A stretch of 64,000 nucleotides of DNA from Polyangiaceae bacterium (GTDB lineage Bacteria; Myxococcota_A; Polyangia; Polyangiales; Polyangiaceae). Each line of letters begins with the position of its first letter. Position 1 is the first letter of the stretch. The notes under the pieces are model-generated. The model searched no databases. It was not told the origin of the DNA and saw only the letters and a program-made list of their open reading frames with translations. Made by a program: the position numbers and the translations under genes. Below, in pieces: positions 1 through 9,934 of this stretch. The stretch lies in assembly GCA_044376115.1 (NCBI GenBank), contig JBILLK010000011.1:160001-224000 (forward strand), read 5' to 3'.

Positions 1-185
1 AGAAAGCAGCCGCGAGCGGCTCGCCGCGCTCAGCGGGAAGCTCGCGCCCGTCGAGCGAAACCATGACCTTGTCTTGAAGTTCCCGCCTTCGGGTGAACAT
101 CCCGGGAGCGTAGACCAACCAGCTGGCGTGCGCTGCTGTTCGGTGGTCGGTTGCTCTTTGGCGCTTGTGTTAAGCTGCCGCCCCA

Positions 186-815
186 ATGCGGCTCGGTGTA
201 ATCGGCACGTTGAAAGGCGAGTTCTCGGCGCTCGCAAGCGCAGCGAGCGTTCTCGTGGACAAGGGCCGAGTCGACCGCGTGCTCTATCTGGGTAAAGACG
301 ATGCGTTGGATCGGGTCGTGGCCGCTTGGGCAACGGAGATCGTGGGCTTCAATCCTTCGCAAGAAGCGCTCTTTGCCAGAGCTACCCGCGCTTGCGCGAA
401 CGCATCGTTCGACGAGATCCACCACTTCGTCGAGTCGGAGCGGGCGCGCAGACGGCTGCGGGTATTCACCTCGTTACCGTTGCCACCGGGGCGCACGATC
501 GAGATCCTCGATGGGCGCGTCGCCGTGTTTGTTTATGACAAGGGTTCACTCGATGCTGACGATATCGCGGGCGCATCGATCCTCGTCTTCGGTCGCGCGG
601 ATGCGCCGATCGTTCATCGCGTCGGCTCTCGGGCCTTCGTGAGCCCGGGCCCTCTCCGCTTGCCCGATTGTTCTGGAATGGCTGTGCTTGACGACGACGC
701 CTCCGGAACGATCCTCGTCGAGTTCCTCGCGCAGGATGGGACGGTGCAAAAGGTTGAGCGGCTCGATGGCAAGGCTGCGGCTGGCAAGCTCAAGGTGCAA
801 GCCGGGGTTGAATGA
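186..815 (+). CDS. Hypothetical protein, degenerate calcineurin-like metallophosphoesterase (YfcE-like) fold
   Basis: Layout MRLGVIG...VDRVLYLG...LVFGR...SPG follows the YfcE-type strand order, but the DxH, GNH and GHxH ligands are missing. Overlaps nadD by 4 bp (ATGA). Confidence 0.6.
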   Translation: MRLGVIGTLKGEFSALASAASVLVDKGRVDRVLYLGKDDALDRVVAAWATEIVGFNPSQEALFARATRACANASFDEIHHFVESERARRRLRVFTSLPLPPGRTIEILDGRVAVFVYDKGSLDADDIAGASILVFGRADAPIVHRVGSRAFVSPGPLRLPDCSGMAVLDDDASGTILVEFLAQDGTVQKVERLDGKAAAGKLKVQAGVE

Positions 816-1381
816 AACAGCTCGTCGGCATTTTCGGCGGTAGCTTCAATCCGCCGCACGTGGCGCACGTACTTGGTGTCGCCTATGCGCAGTTGATCGC
901 AGACTTCGACCGCGTGTTGGTGATTCCGGTCTTTCAACATCCGTTCGCGAAAGGGCTTGCGGCGTTCGAGCATCGTTTGCGCATGTGTGAGCTGGCCTTT
1001 GCGCAGCTTCCCTTCGTCACCGTAAGCGACGTTGAGCGACAACTCGGAGGTGAGAGCCGCACACTGCGGACGCTCGAGCACCTGTCTCAAGCTCATCCCG
1101 AGTGGGACCTGCGTTTGGTGCTCGGTACCGACGTCCTCTCTGACTTGCCCAAGTGGCATCGCTTCGATCGCATTGCTGAACTTGCGCCGCCGCTATTTCT
1201 TGAACGCGCGGGCCATCCCTCGCGGCCCGGTACGAGCGGCGTTTTGCCGGAGGTTTCAAGCACGGAGGTGCGTTCGCTGTTTGCGCGCGGCGATGAGTCT
1301 GCGGAGCGCCTCGGTCAGGTGGTCCCGCGCGCAGTTGTTGCTTACGCATCAGACCATTCACTCTACGCCAAGGAGCGCTGA
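812..1381 (+). CDS. nadD: Nicotinate-nucleotide adenylyltransferase
   Basis: GIFGGSFNPPHVAH signature, LGTD..W motif, and C-terminal VSSTEVR. Confidence 0.92.
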   Translation: MKQLVGIFGGSFNPPHVAHVLGVAYAQLIADFDRVLVIPVFQHPFAKGLAAFEHRLRMCELAFAQLPFVTVSDVERQLGGESRTLRTLEHLSQAHPEWDLRLVLGTDVLSDLPKWHRFDRIAELAPPLFLERAGHPSRPGTSGVLPEVSSTEVRSLFARGDESAERLGQVVPRAVVAYASDHSLYAKER

Positions 1382-2193
1382 TGCCTCTCCCGTCGCAACG
1401 AGTCATTTGTTTGGGGCGTGGCAACGTCGGCAAGACCTTCGCGGCAGCCCTCGGAGCGCATGGTGTCGAGGTGGAGCTGATTGCAGGTCGTGGAACTACT
1501 CCCGTGACGGTGCAAGGCGAGACGGTGCTACTGGCCGTGCCGGACGGCGCAATTCCCGCGGTTGCGCAGCGGGTGGTCGGCTCGAAGAGCACCATTGTGC
1601 ATTTCGCCGGTTCGCTTGGTGTGGCGCCGCTTGAGTCCCTGCGTGCGAGCGGCTTTCGCATCGGCGTCCTTCATCCGCTCATTTCGATTCCCAAGGTGCT
1701 TTCGCCCGAGGAGCTGCTTGGCGCGGCGCTGGTTGGGACGGGCGACGCGTCCGCGCTGAAGCTTGGCGCGCGTTGGGCCAAGACCCTGGGTATGCGCTGG
1801 GTCCACGTCGAACAGCTGGACCCAACGCGGTACCATGCAGGGGCCGCGCTGTTGGCCAATGGCGCGGTGGCGCTGGCTTGGCAGGCCGAGCGCCTATTGA
1901 TACAGGCCGGGGTGCCGGCCAACCAGGTTGGCGCAATGCTGGGTCCGCTGCTTGCGAGCGTGGCCAAGAACCTAACTCGCAGCGGCGCGCGCAAGGCGCT
2001 GTCGGGTCCCGTCGCGAGAGGGGATGCCAACACCTCGATGCGGCACTTGGAGCTGTTGCGTCGCACCAAACAGACCTCTGCCTTGAGAGCGTACGAGGGG
2101 GTGCTGGGGCTGCAGCTCGAGATGACTGGCCGCGACGTTTCTTCGTCGGTTGATGACGCACTGTTGCAGCTCTTGCTTGAAAAAAGTCAGTGA
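1381..2193 (+). CDS. Rossmann-like + DUF2520 domain protein (PanG-like oxidoreductase)
   Basis: GRGNVG, LLAVPDGAI, HFAGS, HPL, YHA and LSGPVARGD motifs. TGATG coupling to nadD. Confidence 0.85.
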   Translation: MPLPSQRVICLGRGNVGKTFAAALGAHGVEVELIAGRGTTPVTVQGETVLLAVPDGAIPAVAQRVVGSKSTIVHFAGSLGVAPLESLRASGFRIGVLHPLISIPKVLSPEELLGAALVGTGDASALKLGARWAKTLGMRWVHVEQLDPTRYHAGAALLANGAVALAWQAERLLIQAGVPANQVGAMLGPLLASVAKNLTRSGARKALSGPVARGDANTSMRHLELLRRTKQTSALRAYEGVLGLQLEMTGRDVSSSVDDALLQLLLEKSQ

Positions 2194-2341
2194 TTTGAGC
2201 GCACGGTCTAGCTCTTGCACAGCTTGCGGAGGGCTCGTCGCGCGCCCCTGAAGTCAACCCGCCTTGATCCAGTTTGAGGGGTCTTGAAGGTCAAGGGCCT
2301 GTTGCCGCGATGGCGCACCTTTGATACGCAAAGAGAGTCGT

Positions 2342-5300
2342 ATGGGTGCCTACTCTCTCGCTGCAGCTACCGAAACAGAGCGAGTGGAGCCGCAGGGCCC
2401 GCCCGCAGCCGCGCAAGCCGTTGGTGCCTTTGAGGCGCTGTCACAGTGGTTGATGCACCGGCCGTTGCCGAGTTCGGCCCTGGTGAGCGGTACGGATCTC
2501 AGCGTCTTCGCCATCGCGGACCACGTCGTTCGCTGTCTATCCGGTTTGCGCGTAGCGCGTGGCGCCGGGGCCCTGGGTGTTGAAGGCTTCATCGACCTGC
2601 AGCGAGCGATGTCGGAGTCGCTCTCGAACGAGGGCCCACGCTCCATTCGCGCGTCTGAAGGCACCGTGCGGATCTCGCCGGTGGAACTGGCCTCAAAGCT
2701 GCGCGCACTCGCCGAGCAAACGGATTGCCATTGTTTGTTGGTAGTGGACTCCGTGGTCTCAACGTTTGGTCGACAAGTTTTTGCTGAGGTCGCCAAGCTC
2801 GGCACGCCGGTCGTTTGGGTGGTCGGCAGTGCGGTCGCTCACCATCAAGCGAGCTTCGTCCACTTTGAGCTGCCGGCCACTCTCGAGGCCGCAGAAGTTG
2901 CTCGATGGTGGTCGCTGGCGGCGAAGGGCGCGGCGTCACAAATCGCCGAAGGATCCATCGAACAACTCGAGATGTGGTGGCGCCGGTCGGCCCGCGGGTT
3001 GGCGAGAGCTTTTGTCCACCCCCACAATGAGCTTGCTGCGCGATTGCGTTTGATTGGTCGAGCGGTGCCCCTCCACTTGCTCAGCGGCCTGCTAGGCGCT
3101 GAGGCCGTGTCCAACCTGGATGAACTTGAGCAAGACCCGTCGATTGACCGAGTAGGCTCTTGGTTCTTCGCGCGACCGGTAGCTCAAGTCGAGCCGATGA
3201 GCGCGGAGGCGCGTGATGCCGCGGTCCTTGTGCTTGAGCGTCTGGCAAGCTCAGGCGCCGCGCTCGATGCGTGGGCGCTGCTGCGAGCCGCGGAGCTCGC
3301 CTACGCCGTTCCAACGGAAGCAGTGGCCGTGGACGCCACGTCCTCTGCGCGTGGAGACCAGCTCGCGTTGCGTGCTGTGTCGTCTGCGCCAGACGCAGCT
3401 GCGCGGGGCGAGTTCTGGCAACGAGTCTTGCAGGCGATGCCCGCGGTCGCAGGGGAAGGGCCGTTGCGAGCCGCCCGCATCGCCTTGCTGCCATCGTGGG
3501 TTGAGTTCGCGCTCACTGCGGGTGACGCCGACGTTGCGCTTCGCTTGGCCCGCCAGCTGTGTGAACTCGACGGAGGTTCTGACCGGCCGCAGCACGTCTT
3601 GCTGCTGGGCCGCGCGCTCTCCGCAACCGGTGACCTCAGTGCGGCAACCGGACTGCTCGAACGCGTAGCGAACGATCTTTCGGTGGGGCTCGCATCACGC
3701 GCTCGTGCCGCCGTAGAACTCGCTGAGGCTCGGTACTTCTCCAATGACCTCGCTGGAGCCGCAGAAGCGGCGACGGTCGCTGCGACTTCGGCCGAGGCTG
3801 CCACCGAGAGTGGGCTTGCGCGTTCGCTCTTTCTCGACGCTCGCAATGTGCAAGGCAAGCTGCTGTTGGCCAGCGGCGACTTTGAAAATGCCGAGCGCCA
3901 CTTCGTGACGGACGCTTGCGATGCCGCCATTCTTGGAGAGCGTTCTCTCGAGCTGCGTGCTCGCGCGAATCGCGCAATCGCGGTGATGTCGCAGGGGCGT
4001 CGGTCCGAGGCGCAGTCGATGCTCGAAGCCATCCTGCACGACGCAGAGGAACTCGGAGAGCTTCGCGCCATCGGTATTGCTCTCATCAATTTGGCGCCGC
4101 TCGCCATTTTTGACCACCGCTACATGGACGCCCTGGAACTCTCGGAGCGCTCGGTGGAGGTACTGCGCCGGATCGGGGACAAGGTTCGCTTGGCCCGCGT
4201 CGTGGCAAACCTTGCAGAGCTTCGCCTTCGTCTCGGTCTCGTGGATGAAGCCGCGCACGCCATCCGCTTCGCCCTTCCGGTCTTTCGCGGGGGCCCTCCT
4301 GCCGAACGTGTTTGGCACAGTTCCCTGCTTCTGGGCCGAGTTGCGCTGGCCAAGGGAGATACGGCGAGTGCGCAGCGACACGTCAACGATGCGCTCGCTG
4401 CGGTAGGCGCCGGCAGCGTTCTGCGGTTGCCTCCCGGTGACCCTTCGCTTGCCAACGTCGCTCGTGGTCCCGTTCATTCGCGTATCTGCGACGCGTTGTT
4501 GGTCGGGGCGCGCGCAGCTCTTGAAGACGGAGATGTCGTGCGGGCCGAGCTTTACGTCTCGCGTGCAGACACGGATCGGGTACCGCCGCGCTCAGCCGCT
4601 TCGGTGCTCTTGTGCCGCGCGCTATTGGCCCGTGCGAAGGGGGAGGAGTTCTTGCCAACTGCTACCGCCGCTCTGCAAGCTGCGCGAGAGCTCGATGACG
4701 ATGAGCTTTTGATCGAGGCGCACCTGCTTTTGCACCAGGGTCATGTGCTGACTGGGGCGCGCTCCTCGGCCAAGCATCATCTTCTTTCCGCCCTTGCAAC
4801 ACGTGACCGCGTGAGTGACCCGCTGTCGCCGGAGTTGCGCACTGCGTTCCTCTCGCGGCGGGACTTGCTTGAACTCGCCCGGGCGCAGCAAACCTTCGAG
4901 GGGGATGAGGCGCTCTCGTGGGATGCTCCGTCGTCTCGTGGGCAGGGTCTTTCAGCGGCTTCAGCTTCGAGTTCGGGTTCGTTCCGAGCCGAAGCTCGAG
5001 TCCCCGAATCTGCGCGAGAGCCAGGCATGTTTGTCGGGAGCCACCCAACCATGAAGGCGCTGCAGAATGCTGTGCGCAAGGTTGGCTCAAGCGATTCGAC
5101 CGTGCTTATTCACGGGGAGAGCGGAACCGGCAAGGAGCTCGTCGCCGAGGCCCTCCACCAGTGTAGCCACCGGGCGAAGGGGCCACTCGTCAAAGTCAAC
5201 TGCGCTGCGCTGGTCGAGACGCTGCTGCTCAGCGAACTGTTTGGTTACGAGAAGGGGGCATTCACCGGAGCTGCAAGCCGGCGCCGCGGGCGCTTTGAAG

Positions 5301-6208
5301 CGGCCGAAGGTGGAACGTTGTTCCTCGATGAGATCGGCGATATCTCGGCGCGTACGCAGGTCGCGTTGTTGCGTGTTCTTCAAGAGAAGACCTTCGAGCG
5401 GGTTGGTGGCAACACCTCGGTTCGAGCAGACGTCCGTATCGTTTGTGCTACCCACCGCGACCTCAAAGCACTGGTGGAGGCCGGGCAATTCCGTGAGGAC
5501 CTCTACTATCGGCTCTGTGGCATAGTGCTTCAGGTCCCCGCCCTTCGAAAAAGGCGCTCGGACATTGGCGCTCTCTCAAGCATTCTTTTGGCGCGAATCG
5601 CGGAAGAGCGAGGTGGGGCCGTTAAAAAGCTGTCGCAACGCGCACTTTTGGCGCTTGGTACCCACACGTGGCCCGGCAATGTGCGCGAATTGGAGAACGC
5701 GCTGCGTGCTGCTTCTGTCTTTGCCGAAGGGCAGGAAATCGAACTCGAGGACTTCGCCGAGAATGTCGAGAGTTTGCGGCATCTTGCAGACTCGTCGTTC
5801 GAGCTGGCAAGCGCCCCCGGGGCGCCCAAGGTTCAGGAACTTCCGCGGGCCCTCTCTTCAGCGCCGGCTACACCGCCAGCCTCATTGGTGGTTGGCGCCG
5901 ATGTTGCACCGTCCCAAGGCGTGAACGCTGCACCGTCAAGCCTCTCGCAGTCCTCGGCGCCGGCCGAAGTGGCCTATGCCGCGGTACGGGGCGGAATCAG
6001 CCTTCACGACATCAAGCGAACGATTGAACGAGACTGCATTGCCCGTGCGCTTTCCGAGACCAACGGGAACATTACTCGCGCAGCCGCAGTTCTCGGAATG
6101 AAGCGGCCAAGGCTCTCCCAGCTCGTCAAGCAGTACGAGCTAGGTGCCCAGCTTGATGGCGCGCCCGCCAGTGATGATTTCGACTCTGCAGCCGCAGAGG
6201 AGGAGTGA
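2342..6208 (+). CDS. Sigma-54-dependent activator (bEBP) with a long N-terminal helical/TPR-like region and a Fis-type HTH
   Basis: Walker [15 protein letters not shown], Walker [17 protein letters not shown] and [14 protein letters not shown]. No receiver domain recognised. ATG 2342 preferred over TTG 2321. Confidence 0.92.
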   Translation: MGAYSLAAATETERVEPQGPPAAAQAVGAFEALSQWLMHRPLPSSALVSGTDLSVFAIADHVVRCLSGLRVARGAGALGVEGFIDLQRAMSESLSNEGPRSIRASEGTVRISPVELASKLRALAEQTDCHCLLVVDSVVSTFGRQVFAEVAKLGTPVVWVVGSAVAHHQASFVHFELPATLEAAEVARWWSLAAKGAASQIAEGSIEQLEMWWRRSARGLARAFVHPHNELAARLRLIGRAVPLHLLSGLLGAEAVSNLDELEQDPSIDRVGSWFFARPVAQVEPMSAEARDAAVLVLERLASSGAALDAWALLRAAELAYAVPTEAVAVDATSSARGDQLALRAVSSAPDAAARGEFWQRVLQAMPAVAGEGPLRAARIALLPSWVEFALTAGDADVALRLARQLCELDGGSDRPQHVLLLGRALSATGDLSAATGLLERVANDLSVGLASRARAAVELAEARYFSNDLAGAAEAATVAATSAEAATESGLARSLFLDARNVQGKLLLASGDFENAERHFVTDACDAAILGERSLELRARANRAIAVMSQGRRSEAQSMLEAILHDAEELGELRAIGIALINLAPLAIFDHRYMDALELSERSVEVLRRIGDKVRLARVVANLAELRLRLGLVDEAAHAIRFALPVFRGGPPAERVWHSSLLLGRVALAKGDTASAQRHVNDALAAVGAGSVLRLPPGDPSLANVARGPVHSRICDALLVGARAALEDGDVVRAELYVSRADTDRVPPRSAASVLLCRALLARAKGEEFLPTATAALQAARELDDDELLIEAHLLLHQGHVLTGARSSAKHHLLSALATRDRVSDPLSPELRTAFLSRRDLLELARAQQTFEGDEALSWDAPSSRGQGLSAASASSSGSFRAEARVPESAREPGMFVGSHPTMKALQNAVRKVGSSDSTVLIHGESGTGKELVAEALHQCSHRAKGPLVKVNCAALVETLLLSELFGYEKGAFTGAASRRRGRFEAAEGGTLFLDEIGDISARTQVALLRVLQEKTFERVGGNTSVRADVRIVCATHRDLKALVEAGQFREDLYYRLCGIVLQVPALRKRRSDIGALSSILLARIAEERGGAVKKLSQRALLALGTHTWPGNVRELENALRAASVFAEGQEIELEDFAENVESLRHLADSSFELASAPGAPKVQELPRALSSAPATPPASLVVGADVAPSQGVNAAPSSLSQSSAPAEVAYAAVRGGISLHDIKRTIERDCIARALSETNGNITRAAAVLGMKRPRLSQLVKQYELGAQLDGAPASDDFDSAAAEEE

Positions 6209-6209
6209 T

Positions 6210-6536
6210 ATGAAACCGTCTGTGTGTCGTAAGTTGTGCCTGATGCTTGGCGGTCTCTTGGTGGCTGCTGTCGGCTGCGTCGATGAGTCGCAGGAGACCG
6301 AGTCTGTCGAAAACGCTGGCGAAGCGCTGCTCATCGAGCAGGGACAACACAGCCTCCGTCCCGAAGCGGACGCGGATGAGGTCGTGCTCGACCGAAGTCC
6401 GATCGACGAGTTGCGACTCGAGGAGATTGGCCCGGCTGCGCCTGGTACGAACAACACTGAGCCCGAGCCGATCCCGTGGAATGGCCCCAAGCCGGATCCC
6501 AGCGATGATGACACCTACTCGGGGACGCCTACCTAG
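6210..6536 (+). CDS. Small acidic lipoprotein (108 aa) with a PEPEPIPW motif
   Basis: ATG is 1 nt after the bEBP stop, with GGAGGAG upstream. Signal MKPSVCRKLCLMLGGLLVAAVG-C. A terminator follows. Confidence 0.75.
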   Translation: MKPSVCRKLCLMLGGLLVAAVGCVDESQETESVENAGEALLIEQGQHSLRPEADADEVVLDRSPIDELRLEEIGPAAPGTNNTEPEPIPWNGPKPDPSDDDTYSGTPT

Positions 6537-6588
6537 GCCGTAAAGTATGGCGTCGCCGCAACCACGGCAGCCGTCGGTTTGAATCATC

Positions 6589-6620
6589 AGGCTCCTCCCG
6601 AGAGGAGCCTTTTTTCTTTT
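6589..6620 (+). terminator. Intrinsic terminator
   Basis: AGGCTCCTC-CCGA-GAGGAGCCT 9-bp stem followed by TTTTTCTTTT. Confidence 0.85.
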
Positions 6621-6706
6621 GGGCGAACCCTGCGTCGGCATCCGTCATCGCTCCGTCGAGTTGGCGCGAGTCTTTCGTCGGAGTGCGGGACTAAGATGAT
6701 CCGAGC

Positions 6707-8848
6707 ATGCTCTACGAACTACGCACACGAACTGCGGTCGTGGTCGGCGCCTTGGCCATCGCGCTTGCAGCCTCAACGTTGCTGCGTGGTCGTCCCCGCC
6801 GGGTTCACCTGCTGTTTAGCTTCTTCTCGGCGACGCTCGGACTTTGGTACCTGACCCAGTCGTTCTACGGCTTCTTCCAGTCCTTGATTTGGCAGCGGAC
6901 GACAGCCCTCTTGGCGGTGTTGTTGCCGGTGCTCGCCATCGGGCTTTTCGAGTCGATGGTACCGCGCGATTCGGCCTCGAAAGGCTGGGTGTTTCGCACG
7001 GCGCTGGTCCTCTCGGTTCCGCTCTTGGGGATTCAGTTGACCCCACTCTGGGACAACTCCCTCGTTCGGACTGGAGTGTTCGTCTACGTGTTCTTCTTCA
7101 TCACCGCCGGGCTCTACGAGTTGGGCCAACGCGGTGCTGGCAGCCCTTCGCGCACGACCAAACGGCGCGTTCGCATCCTCGTCGTCATTGGAGCGCTCGC
7201 AGGGTTAGCAACGATTCTCGACTTCTTGTGGATCCTCGGCGTGCGAACGCCGCCGGTCGGCGCAGTGCTCTCGGTCGTGTTCGTATTCGCACTGTCGCAA
7301 GCGCTAGAGAGCAAGCGCTTGCTCGATCTTTCGGAGCTACTTGGTCGCCTGATGGTGGCGGCAGCGGTGGCATTTCTGATCGCCTTCATCTTCTACATCC
7401 TGCTGACTTATCTCGGCGGGTTCAACACGATGTATTTGAACGCGGTACTCGCCGCTACGGTGGTGCTGGTTCTCTACGAACCGCTTCAGGCGCGAGTCGA
7501 GGAGCAGATCCGCAGACTGTTCTTTCGCGAACGGTTCGATCTCGAGGGGGCTCTCGCTGACGTTCGGCGAAAGTTAGTCCACACCTTGGACGTCGGTGAA
7601 ATGGCTTCGATGGTGATGGAGGCACTCGAGAGTTCACGGCGCGTTACCGAAGCCGGGCTCTTCTTGCGTGACCAAGAAGGGACTGGCTTCGACCAAATCG
7701 GTGCTCTCGGTGAGGGGGTCCCAGCGCGGATTGAACTTGCGACGTCGCGTAAGCTGCTCGAGGGCTTGGAGCTCGGCAGCATCTTGCTCGAGCACGTCGA
7801 ACGCGACATCAAGGAGCATGCAACACGCGGTGAGCGATTCACCTCGGGCGATGCCATCATGAGTGCGGCGGAGGTGCTCGGGTCGCTCAAGAATGGTGCG
7901 TTGGTCGCGATTCGTGATGGCGGTCGAGACGTTGTCGCGCTGATGGCGGTTGCTGATCGTCGGGTGACCGATGCGATCAGTCACGACGAGATCGGTTTGG
8001 TCGAACAGCTGGCCACTCAAGTGGGCGTCGTGATCGAGAACTCACGCTCCTACCAGCAGATGAAAGAGCGAGATCGGCTCGCGTTGCTTGGTCAAATGTC
8101 GGCCGGGCTAGCCCACGAAATCCGCAATCCACTCGGCGCGATCAAGGGCGCCGCGCAGTTGCTCGCGGATCCGGGGCCGGGCGCCACGGAAGATCCGGTC
8201 GCGCGCGAGTTCATCGGCATCATCCTCGAGGAGGTTGAGCGGCTCAACCGCGTGGTCGGCTCAGTGCTCGACCTGGCGAGGCCAGGCGATCTCTCGGTCG
8301 TTCCAGTCGATGTCAACGCCGTGGTGCGTCGCACTCTGCAGGTGCTCTCGACTGAACGACGCGCTGAAGATGTTGAGGTGCAGTCATTGTTGGCGAACGA
8401 TCTACCGCGCGTAGCGATCGATCCGGAACAACTACGGCAAGTGTTGATCAACCTGGTGCGCAACGCTCTTCAGGCTGTTGGCGCGCGCGGCAAGGTGACG
8501 CTCTCGACGCGTGTGCGCTTTGGCCGCGGCACTCGCTCTGGCAAAAGCGAGACCGAGTCCTTCGTTGAGCTGACGGTCGCTGACACAGGCCCTGGCATTT
8601 CCCGAAGCACGCTCGAGAAGCTCTTTCTTCCGTTCTTCACGACGAAGGAGAAGGGCACCGGGCTCGGTTTGGCGATCAGTCAACGCATCGTACAGGGGGC
8701 CGGTGGGCGCATCGAGGTTCGCTCCCACGAGGGGAAGGGGTCCACCTTCTCCGTGGTGCTGCCAGCGGCCCCAGAGGGCCTTTCTACCCCCACACCCGGC
8801 CCCACACGCGCATCGTCGGCCCAGGAGCAGCCTGGGCCGCCTGGCTGA
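6707..8848 (+). CDS. Multi-TM sensor histidine kinase with a GAF-like domain (NtrB/PrsK-like architecture)
   Basis: About 8 hydrophobic segments, then H-box LAHEIRNPL, N-box NLVRNA, and DTGPGI, FFTTK and GTGLGL boxes. Confidence 0.92.
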   Translation: MLYELRTRTAVVVGALAIALAASTLLRGRPRRVHLLFSFFSATLGLWYLTQSFYGFFQSLIWQRTTALLAVLLPVLAIGLFESMVPRDSASKGWVFRTALVLSVPLLGIQLTPLWDNSLVRTGVFVYVFFFITAGLYELGQRGAGSPSRTTKRRVRILVVIGALAGLATILDFLWILGVRTPPVGAVLSVVFVFALSQALESKRLLDLSELLGRLMVAAAVAFLIAFIFYILLTYLGGFNTMYLNAVLAATVVLVLYEPLQARVEEQIRRLFFRERFDLEGALADVRRKLVHTLDVGEMASMVMEALESSRRVTEAGLFLRDQEGTGFDQIGALGEGVPARIELATSRKLLEGLELGSILLEHVERDIKEHATRGERFTSGDAIMSAAEVLGSLKNGALVAIRDGGRDVVALMAVADRRVTDAISHDEIGLVEQLATQVGVVIENSRSYQQMKERDRLALLGQMSAGLAHEIRNPLGAIKGAAQLLADPGPGATEDPVAREFIGIILEEVERLNRVVGSVLDLARPGDLSVVPVDVNAVVRRTLQVLSTERRAEDVEVQSLLANDLPRVAIDPEQLRQVLINLVRNALQAVGARGKVTLSTRVRFGRGTRSGKSETESFVELTVADTGPGISRSTLEKLFLPFFTTKEKGTGLGLAISQRIVQGAGGRIEVRSHEGKGSTFSVVLPAAPEGLSTPTPGPTRASSAQEQPGPPG

Positions 8849-8849
8849 G

Positions 8850-9776
8850 CTACTCGACCTGGAGGTACTGCTGAGCGATCAGCTTCAGCATCGTCTCGGC
8901 CGTCTCGAGATCCGTTGCTGGGCTCTTGTTGAGAATGGTTGCGACGTGCCCAAAGTTGATCGCGAGCTGAAGCACGTCGAGCTCGACCGGGCTCAGCTTG
9001 CGCAGAGACGCAACGAGCGGATGCACGAGCAGCACACGCGCATCCAAGTCTGGGAGCCTGTGACGGAGATTGTTGAGTTCGTCGATCTGACGAAGCCCCT
9101 CCATCAGGATCTCCTGAACCGACGCGTCGATCTCGCCTTCGATCGGATGCTCGTCGTACGGCTCGAGTGAGAACGTACCGGTGGTCCACGTGAGGATGCG
9201 GTAGACGCTCTTGAGTGGCGGAACTTCCTCGAGATCGTTGATCGAGGCGAACACGATCTGCCCCTTGCGCATCACGATCTTGCCGATGTCCTCGTCGGAC
9301 TGCACGACGAGAATGCCGCTCTTTTTCGAGGTACCAAGCAGCTGCAGAAGGTCGGGAAGCGGGATCTCGTCGATCGCTCCGGACATGGTTTTGCCCGGTT
9401 GATTGCGTGGAGCTTCTCCGCCGGTTTGCCGACGGCCGGTGCCGTTCGTTTGATCGCTCAGCACCACCTTGAGGATGCTCGTGCCGATGAGAACGCGGTC
9501 GCCCTCTTTGAGAGTCGAGCGCTTGATCTTTTCTCCGTTAACGAACGTGCCGTTCGTGCTGTTGAGATCTTCGATCGCTATTTCGACGTCGGTACACGCG
9601 ATTCGCGCGTGCTTGCGCGAGACCATGTCTTCGACAAGGACCATGTCGAGATCGCTCGATCGTCCAATTACGATCTCGCGATTCTCCGCGAGGGGGAACT
9701 CGCCTCCCTGATACTTCCCCGAAATGAACCGCAGAGCGAGTTGGCTCAGCGGTCCCCTGGGAGGTTGGTTTTCCAT
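8850..9776 (-). CDS. FHA + DUF4388-like domain protein
   Basis: FHA motifs IGR, VSRKHA and DLNSTNGTFVNG. MSGAIDEIPLPDLLQLL...SGIL...W..GTF is typical of DUF4388. Confidence 0.88.
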   Translation of the reverse strand: MENQPPRGPLSQLALRFISGKYQGGEFPLAENREIVIGRSSDLDMVLVEDMVSRKHARIACTDVEIAIEDLNSTNGTFVNGEKIKRSTLKEGDRVLIGTSILKVVLSDQTNGTGRRQTGGEAPRNQPGKTMSGAIDEIPLPDLLQLLGTSKKSGILVVQSDEDIGKIVMRKGQIVFASINDLEEVPPLKSVYRILTWTTGTFSLEPYDEHPIEGEIDASVQEILMEGLRQIDELNNLRHRLPDLDARVLLVHPLVASLRKLSPVELDVLQLAINFGHVATILNKSPATDLETAETMLKLIAQQYLQVE

Positions 9777-9934
9777 CGGATAGAGCGGCGGGTTTGGGTT
9801 CAAGATGGCTGCTGGGTTGTTCTAGCGAGCCTAATGCGCAAGGAGAGTAGTTTCTGATGCCAACTGCGGTCAAGTTGAGCATCGGCTCTTGAACGTCGTT
9901 CCCGCCGCTTTGGAAAAAAGGCATCGTTCTTCCC

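Noticed and set aside
6661..6680. TGGCGCGAGTCTTTC as a sigma-54 promoter for the histidine kinase
   Set aside because: It lacks the -12 GC dinucleotide at the required spacing.
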